IMG/VR virus record: IMGVR_UViG_3300012157_000006
Span: 1 to 30,664 of that record
DNA: 30,664 nucleotides
Strand: one strand, 5' to 3'
Source: a virus
Taxonomy: Duplodnaviria > Caudoviricetes
Under the pieces are notes generated by a model. The model searched no databases, had not been told where the DNA came from, and saw only the letters and a program-made list of their open reading frames with translations. Both the position numbers and the translations under genes were made by a program. Positions within the stretch are counted from its first letter, which is position 1, and the number at the start of each line of letters is the position of its first letter. This document shows positions 25,003 to 30,664 of the stretch, in pieces.

Positions 25003-27089
25003 TGCCAGACGAAACACTCGCGACAGTTATCGCACAGCTTGGAGCCGACAGCTCCTTGCTCAATCGACAACTGGACGCGGCAGTCGCCCGAGCAACAGAC
25101 AGCGCAGCCCAGATCGAGAAGATCGGACTGAAGTTCAGCCCTCCTAAGGACTTCTTCTCGGACTTCACGAAACTGCCTCGTGAGTTGAAAGAGACATCAG
25201 AGACTGGATTCTCTCTCGCGGGTTCTACAAAGGACCTGGACAAAGTTAGATCAACGTTTGGAAAGACCGGAGAATCGGTCGATCAGATGTCGACCAAGTT
25301 TCGCGTCGGCGAGCGGACAGCGAAGCAGCTCGCGTCTGGTCTGATCGGCAATCTCAATCCAGCGCTTGGAGGAGTAATCTCTCAGGTGGCTGGAGTTGGT
25401 CTCTCTCTACGTGGATTGAGTCCTGCATTCGGAATAGTTGCTGCTGGTGCTGTTCTCTTCACGACAGCGATGGCAGCAATGATTGGTCGATTGAACGAAG
25501 TTCGAGAAACACAATTTCAGACCAATCGAGCGCTCGCTCAAGGCAACTTTGGAGCGCTTGAAGGTCAGGTGGCCAAGGCATCGGACGAGCTGGCTCGTTT
25601 TGATGATCAACTAAAAGACATCAGCGGCGGAGGGATCGCCGGGTTTGTTACAAGGTTCCAGACTATTCTTCAATCAACTGAACAGTTCGATGCCGCTCTC
25701 GCAACATCTAGAGCTGCCTTACAACAAGTCTTTGTTCAGTTCGAGCGGCCAATCAAGGAATCGAAGCTGGCCATTGCGGCAGCTGAGCTTCGGAAGCAGT
25801 TCAATGATCTAGCGATCCAGCAGGCGACAACTATACCTCAGGTCAATTCGCTCTTTGACAAGCAGGCTGATGAGGTCATAAAGATCACGGAGGAGCAGAA
25901 GAAACTTCTGATCAAGGAAGCAGAACGAGATCTCAAGGTTCTACTTGCGTCCCAAGATGTTCTAAGATTTGGTGAGCGCAAAAGGGTTCTTCAGGCAGAG
26001 CTAAACCAACTTGACGAACAGAACACCCTGGGACTGGCTAAGAACAATGAGGCTCGCCGGCAGATCATTCGATCACTGGATGAAGTAGCGGCGAAGACTC
26101 GGCAATTCGCAGATGAGCGCGCTGGGTTTGGAATTGATGAGCAGAAGAACCTGCTCTCGAACCTAGTCGCTGAGCGGAAGCAACGCGCTGACAGCGCGCT
26201 GGACGCACTGAAGATTGATCGAGAAGCTGCTCAAGGTCAACAGGACTTGGATCGGGAACGCTTTGATCAGCGCAAGGCAGCACTTGATCGTGAGGTAGAA
26301 GCGACGCGGCAGAGCACTGGTCTGAATGCGGAGGAACGTCGTTCCAAAGAGGAGCAGCTGAATCAGCAGCTCGCCGCACTGGCATCTCAGCGTGTCATCT
26401 CTGAACAGAACTTCAATTCACAGACTCAGCAAAATGAGTTCTCATTGTTTCGGCAAAGGCAGGCCGATGAAGACGCGCTCTTCCAGCAGCGCCGTGCGCT
26501 AGGGCAAGCCACAGTTCAGGAAGTCATAGCAAGAGACCAAGCGATCGCGGCGTCCGCTAACAGAACGAGGGATGAGCGCCTTGCTGCTGAGCGCCGCGTA
26601 TTCGAAGAGACCAAGCGAATGCGCGATGAGGCCAGCTCTGTAGGGAAGACGCTGGCTCAGGAGGCAATCGAAAGTCTTCGCAGTCAAGGTGTCACTCAGA
26701 CCACCAAGTTCGGTCTGGAGAATGAGATCCAACGGATTCAGACGGAGCGCGCACAGTTGGTATCGGAAGTCTCAACAGCTTTCAATACCGGCGTCGCCAT
26801 CGATCTGAACAGGATCACTGCGGCGCAAGATGCGAGAGACAAGATCCAGTTCTTCGGAGAAGCTGTCGAGAAGTTCGGGAGCATCGGAAACATTCTGAGC
26901 ACTGGACTCCAGACCAGCGCGACCGCGTTCATCAATGCCCTCGGCGGTATCAGCGCTGAGGTCGATAAGACCTTTACGACGATCGAAGGGCGTATCAATG
27001 CTGGGTCTGCTGCAATCGTGACGCTGCTTCAGGATCGAATCGTCGGGAACCTCGCTAAGCAGTTGGCGGCTGAGGCCAAGCGGTTTTGA
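25002..27089 (+). CDS. Tape measure protein (695 aa)
   Basis: Follows the chaperones. N-terminus LATVIAQLGAD, a hydrophobic Gly/Ala segment and long Q/E/R/A-rich helical regions. Confidence 0.85.
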   Translation: MPDETLATVIAQLGADSSLLNRQLDAAVARATDSAAQIEKIGLKFSPPKDFFSDFTKLPRELKETSETGFSLAGSTKDLDKVRSTFGKTGESVDQMSTKFRVGERTAKQLASGLIGNLNPALGGVISQVAGVGLSLRGLSPAFGIVAAGAVLFTTAMAAMIGRLNEVRETQFQTNRALAQGNFGALEGQVAKASDELARFDDQLKDISGGGIAGFVTRFQTILQSTEQFDAALATSRAALQQVFVQFERPIKESKLAIAAAELRKQFNDLAIQQATTIPQVNSLFDKQADEVIKITEEQKKLLIKEAERDLKVLLASQDVLRFGERKRVLQAELNQLDEQNTLGLAKNNEARRQIIRSLDEVAAKTRQFADERAGFGIDEQKNLLSNLVAERKQRADSALDALKIDREAAQGQQDLDRERFDQRKAALDREVEATRQSTGLNAEERRSKEEQLNQQLAALASQRVISEQNFNSQTQQNEFSLFRQRQADEDALFQQRRALGQATVQEVIARDQAIAASANRTRDERLAAERRVFEETKRMRDEASSVGKTLAQEAIESLRSQGVTQTTKFGLENEIQRIQTERAQLVSEVSTAFNTGVAIDLNRITAAQDARDKIQFFGEAVEKFGSIGNILSTGLQTSATAFINALGGISAEVDKTFTTIEGRINAGSAAIVTLLQDRIVGNLAKQLAAEAKRF

Positions 27090-27487
27090 TGACACCGATC
27101 TCGTCAGTCTTCCTTGGATCAGCGCCGGTCCAGTTCACGACGGACCCAAAGACCTATGATACGTCTTGGGCCAAGCGGTCGTCTGTGCATCGGACCATTG
27201 GTGGCGTAACGATCCAAGACTTCGGACTCAAAGCCAAGGACATAACACTTCGTCTGGAGTCGCAAGGCCAGTTTTTGGATCAGGAAACGGTCGACGCCAT
27301 TCAGGCACTCTATGCTGTGCGAGGCGCCGCGTACGCGTTTGTCGACTATCGTGGAACAGAGGCAACAGTCTTCATCACATTGTTCGAACCGGAGCCGACG
27401 TTCATTCCTGGATTTTTCGAATACACAATGGAGCTACAAGTCGTCGCATTGACGAAGCTGCGCGGTATAGCTTACACTGGCGATTGA
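27089..27487 (+). CDS. Putative distal tail (Dit-like) protein
   Basis: About 132 aa directly after the tape measure. Pattern RSSVHRTIGGVTIQDFG..ITL..F.DYRG..Y.MEL. Confidence 0.55.
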   Translation: MTPISSVFLGSAPVQFTTDPKTYDTSWAKRSSVHRTIGGVTIQDFGLKAKDITLRLESQGQFLDQETVDAIQALYAVRGAAYAFVDYRGTEATVFITLFEPEPTFIPGFFEYTMELQVVALTKLRGIAYTGD

Positions 27488-27488
27488 C

Positions 27489-28562
27489 ATGCCACCATCA
27501 GTCAAGTACCTCGATCGGGATGGTGCGCTGACGATCACATCGAAGAGCTGGGTCGATGCGTTCGCTGGGCGCAATCAGGTGTCGATCAAGTTCGGGATCG
27601 AGAACACCGGCGACAGAGCGCTGGGATCAAGTCCGGGCCCGGCCGCTGGGTTCGAGTTACAGATCACCGAAGTCGAGGGCAACGACGGATCTACGTTCCT
27701 TCGACACGCGCTGGACTCCGCGACGGTCGGAACTCCGTACACTGTCGAGGCTGAACTGCTTGACGACTCACTAGGCGCGTTCGCTGCGACCGGAAATTAC
27801 TTCTACAGAGTCACTGCGACTAACGCCCTCGGAGAGACAATCGGTTCTGTCGAGATCGTCATCAATGTCGAAGCCGTGGACAACCGAGTCCTGTTGACCT
27901 GGGTGCAGCCAACCGGAGCAACTGGATACCGAGTCTGGCGTTCGACGACTTCAGGCACGTACGGACCGACAGCTCTACTGACGACGATCGCTGGGGGCGG
28001 GACTGTCACGTATACGGATGACGGAGACGCGACAGTCTCGGGGACGATCCCGACTACGAACACCACAGCGGGATGGAACCTGAGTGCAGTCCTGGGAGTA
28101 ACGGCTGACGGCGGTGTCTGGACTGGAACAGGCATTCGATACTGGAGGATTGTCGCGATCGATGCGACTGGCGTCGAGATGGCGAACTCATTCGAAGCCT
28201 TTGTCAATGTCGATGATGTGACCAAGCGTGTCACGCTTTCATGGACGGCAGTTCCAGGTGCCGACACGTATAGGATCTATCGGTCGACATCTTCGGGAAG
28301 CTACATCAGCGCGCTGCGTGCATCCATCGCGCCTGCGGTGTCATACATTGACAATGGCGGAGCTGTCACCGCTGGAGACTTGACAACCGAACCGAGCTAC
28401 GGGATTCCTCCGGCATCGGGCAGTTTCGTGCAGGCAGCGCTGGTTCTGGCGGTACTTCGGTTCGGAGAGCAAAGGTTCTTCTGGGTCAATCGGGTCGTGC
28501 CAGGCGCAACATCGGAGGCAGGTAACCGTCGTCTCGCACTGACCAAGGCCGTAGAAGTCTAA
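27489..28562 (+). CDS. Tail-associated protein with two fibronectin type III-like repeats
   Basis: Two repeats: YFYRVTATNALGE..VLLTW..GATGYRVWRS..YTDDG and YWRIVAIDATG..VTLSW..GADTYRIYRS..YIDNG. Confidence 0.7.
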   Translation: MPPSVKYLDRDGALTITSKSWVDAFAGRNQVSIKFGIENTGDRALGSSPGPAAGFELQITEVEGNDGSTFLRHALDSATVGTPYTVEAELLDDSLGAFAATGNYFYRVTATNALGETIGSVEIVINVEAVDNRVLLTWVQPTGATGYRVWRSTTSGTYGPTALLTTIAGGGTVTYTDDGDATVSGTIPTTNTTAGWNLSAVLGVTADGGVWTGTGIRYWRIVAIDATGVEMANSFEAFVNVDDVTKRVTLSWTAVPGADTYRIYRSTSSGSYISALRASIAPAVSYIDNGGAVTAGDLTTEPSYGIPPASGSFVQAALVLAVLRFGEQRFFWVNRVVPGATSEAGNRRLALTKAVEV

Positions 28563-28583
28563 AACGGAAGAAGGAGAAAAGCC

Positions 28584-29579
28584 TTGTCTATTCTGACCGG
28601 CGATCTCAGATGGTTCGGTTCACAGTCGATGCCGGATGACGACACGCCGACAGAGATCGGTGGTGCCATCGACACTGACAAGAAGGTCATGTTCATCGAC
28701 ATCGGCTCCGCCGACGGCGGTATGCAGATCGTGTCGTCGGACGCTGGGGACACGATGGACGACGTCGAGGTGTTCTACCGCGATGCGACGGGTGTTCTGC
28801 TCAGCGAGAACAACACGCTGAACGGGCAGACCCCTGATGTTTACGCGGCCACTCCAGAGCGCGTCCTGAAGGCGATCAAGTCCGGATCGACCGCTGGCGA
28901 CATTGCGCTGGAGTCGGTCACCGCGGTTCGATCGAACACAGCGCAGGCTGGCGGCGCGAACGACGAGATCATCCTCGACGCCGCCGCTTCGGCCGTCGAC
29001 GGATTCTACAATGGGATGGTCGTTCGCCTGACGGGCGGCACGGGTCAGTTCCAGATCCGTGAAGTCGTCGCATACACGGGTGCGACCAAGAAGGCTCGGG
29101 TCAACCGAATCTGGACTGCGAACCCCGACGCCACCACGACATTCAAGATCTCGAAGGGCATCCTCTTCGAGAAGACTCCATTCGAGATCCTGGAGGTTCG
29201 CCGACCGTTCTACAACGCATCGGCCAATGCTCCGGGCGGGGGAGCAGTCGCGTACTACGAGAAGATCTTCTGCGCCAACACGCACGCGACACTGACGCTG
29301 ACCGCGGCCAAGGTGATCGAGTCGTCGGACCCCTCGACCAAGATCACGTTCGCCAAGGAGACGGTGAACGACGGCACCGGGACCAACGGAGTCGGCAACA
29401 ATCGGAAGGTCGCGCCCTCGGCCGGCGTGTCGGCGTTCGACAGCGCGGACAAGGACGTGAACGGGCTGCAGTTGGATGCTGCCGAGACCATGGGCGTCTG
29501 GCTCAAGCTGTCGCTGGACGACGGCGACTCGGCGCAGAAGACGACCTACACGCCGCGCCTCCGAGGTAACACGGTCTAG
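28584..29579 (+). CDS. Tail tip / minor tail structural protein
   Basis: TTG start after AGGAG. MSI...DL....S......GGAI N-terminus, YEKIF..N and GVWLK motifs, with an inserted TAQAG..DGFYNG..GGTG..QIR domain. Confidence 0.6.
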   Translation: MSILTGDLRWFGSQSMPDDDTPTEIGGAIDTDKKVMFIDIGSADGGMQIVSSDAGDTMDDVEVFYRDATGVLLSENNTLNGQTPDVYAATPERVLKAIKSGSTAGDIALESVTAVRSNTAQAGGANDEIILDAAASAVDGFYNGMVVRLTGGTGQFQIREVVAYTGATKKARVNRIWTANPDATTTFKISKGILFEKTPFEILEVRRPFYNASANAPGGGAVAYYEKIFCANTHATLTLTAAKVIESSDPSTKITFAKETVNDGTGTNGVGNNRKVAPSAGVSAFDSADKDVNGLQLDAAETMGVWLKLSLDDGDSAQKTTYTPRLRGNTV

Positions 29580-29608
29580 GAGGTGTGATCAGAGCATAGG
29601 AGAACAGA

Positions 29609-30664
29609 ATGAAGCCGCTATTGTTCCGCAGCACGCAATCGGGAGCGCCGGTGCTCTCAGGTGAAGTCGACAAGCTGATCGAGGTGCTCAGCGCGTCGCT
29701 CATCATCAACAAGGCGTTTGCTGCGGTCAGTGGCGGCTCATTCCTGGATCGCACGACAGAGGCTCGTTTGGAAGGCGGCACAGCCTTCACGATGTTCCAG
29801 ACGCCAGGCACGTCCGATGAGTTCTATATGGGCATGCCGAACGTATTCGATCGTGCCAAGTTTGATGTCGCGACCGCCGGCACGACCGATGGTACGTATG
29901 TCTGGGAGTACTGGAACGGTGCATCCTGGGCAACCCTTTCAGTCACGGACGGGACGACCGAGTTCTCGTTGGATGGTACGGTCACATGGACGATCCCAGG
30001 CAGCTGGGCGACCACCAGCGTCAACAGCGTGACCCAGTACTGGGTCCGAGTGCGGATGACAGGTGTTCCATCCACGAACCCAACCGTCAACTTCGTGACG
30101 ATCACAGGGTGGACCGAGCAGTTCTCCAATGCCAGCAAGCGGGTGTATCGGCAGGGAGGAGGCAACGGGTTCGTCTTCCGTGTTCAGGATGACGGCGCTT
30201 CACCGCTGACTGATGCGAAGGAAGCGACACTCAAGCCTGCCGAATCAGCATCGGATGTCGACACACTGTCCGCGCTCTTCCCCACCGTGGCCCAGGTGAC
30301 CAACGGGCTCGTCCTACGCAAGTCCACGACGGCGGATGCGACTGCACGAGCGTGGGTCGTGTTGGCCGACGAGAAGACCTGCTATCTGTTCATGGCATCC
30401 GGTGACACCGCGAACGCGTACATCGGAGCTCTCTTCGGGGACTTCTTTAGCTTCGTGACTGGTGACAGCTTCCGCACGGTCGGAATCGCTCGTACAGTTC
30501 TGAATAGCGGAGCTGCTGGAAACGAGCACGCTGACAAGCTGTCCGCCTTTGGCGCTGTGAACACTGGTCACTATGCGGCCCGCCCCTACACAGGTCTCGG
30601 CACTTCGAAACAAGTGGGCAAGCATGGGGACGGTGATACCGGGTCTCAGTCGATAATGCTCGGC
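29609..30664 (+). CDS. Tail fibre-like protein, 3' truncated by window end (absent from ORF track)
   Basis: ATG 29609 follows AGGAG, and the frame read by hand is open to the window end: MKPLLFRSTQSGAPVLSG..LIEVL..WEYWNGASW..YWVRVR..GWTEQF..VYR..LFPTVAQ..ARAWVVLADEK..FGDF. Confidence 0.75.
   Translation, partial: MKPLLFRSTQSGAPVLSGEVDKLIEVLSASLIINKAFAAVSGGSFLDRTTEARLEGGTAFTMFQTPGTSDEFYMGMPNVFDRAKFDVATAGTTDGTYVWEYWNGASWATLSVTDGTTEFSLDGTVTWTIPGSWATTSVNSVTQYWVRVRMTGVPSTNPTVNFVTITGWTEQFSNASKRVYRQGGGNGFVFRVQDDGASPLTDAKEATLKPAESASDVDTLSALFPTVAQVTNGLVLRKSTTADATARAWVVLADEKTCYLFMASGDTANAYIGALFGDFFSFVTGDSFRTVGIARTVLNSGAAGNEHADKLSAFGAVNTGHYAARPYTGLGTSKQVGKHGDGDTGSQSIMLG

Larger units (their letters stand above)
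173..30664 (+). mobile_element. Tailed phage/prophage (siphovirus-like) structural operon
   Basis: Canonical portal-MuF-protease-scaffold-capsid-connector-tube-chaperone-tape measure order. No sheath or baseplate wedge genes, host genes or att sites are visible. Confidence 0.93.

Noticed and set aside
434-30625. Numerous minus-strand and alternative-frame ORFs in the track (e.g. 17106..18116, 17896..18768, 28620..29285)
   Set aside because: They are shadows of GC-rich plus-strand genes, with no motifs or RBS, and are fully overlapped by well-supported CDSs.
1-30664. Frequent GATC/CGATCG/TCGA words as a HIP1-like repeat system
   Set aside because: The full GCGATCGC octamer was noticed only occasionally, and the words are explainable by ATC/GAT/GTC/GAC codon usage. 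No count was done.
1-30664. Alternative genetic code, tRNA genes, introns/inteins or DGR
   Set aside because: All three stop codons end genes at sensible boundaries. No cloverleaf, intein, reverse transcriptase or adenine-variable repeat pair was recognised by eye.

Overview
This window is the virion morphogenesis region of a GC-rich tailed dsDNA phage or prophage, probably a siphovirus, with all credible genes on the + strand. Gene order: dNMP kinase, PBSX-type portal, about 10 accessory genes (four with signal-peptide-like N-termini, plus a holin-like gene), MuF/SPP1 gp7, a 1351-aa polyvalent protein, a 782-aa multidomain protein ending in an XkdF-like prohead protease, Com-like Zn ribbon, scaffold, HK97-fold capsid, connectors, tail tube, frameshifted tail chaperones, tape measure and tail-tip/fibre genes. 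The best candidate novel system is a capsid-loaded, protease-processed effector polyprotein. It has six unrelated domains (two ADP-ribosyltransferase types, ParB/Srx, an unknown domain, GNAT, HipA/PI3K-like kinase). Each domain is headed by a near-identical (W/F)DES(K/Q)HPRxxDGKF tag, and the internal tags are preceded by K-[S/A] sites that recur at domain borders across the head module. Other highlights are a four-fold nested ('Russian doll') domain protein, a circularly permuted Com with a promoter and RBS-sequestering hairpin, and an Acb1-like 2H phosphoesterase fused to the protease. All family calls come from motif recognition by eye; no database searches were run.
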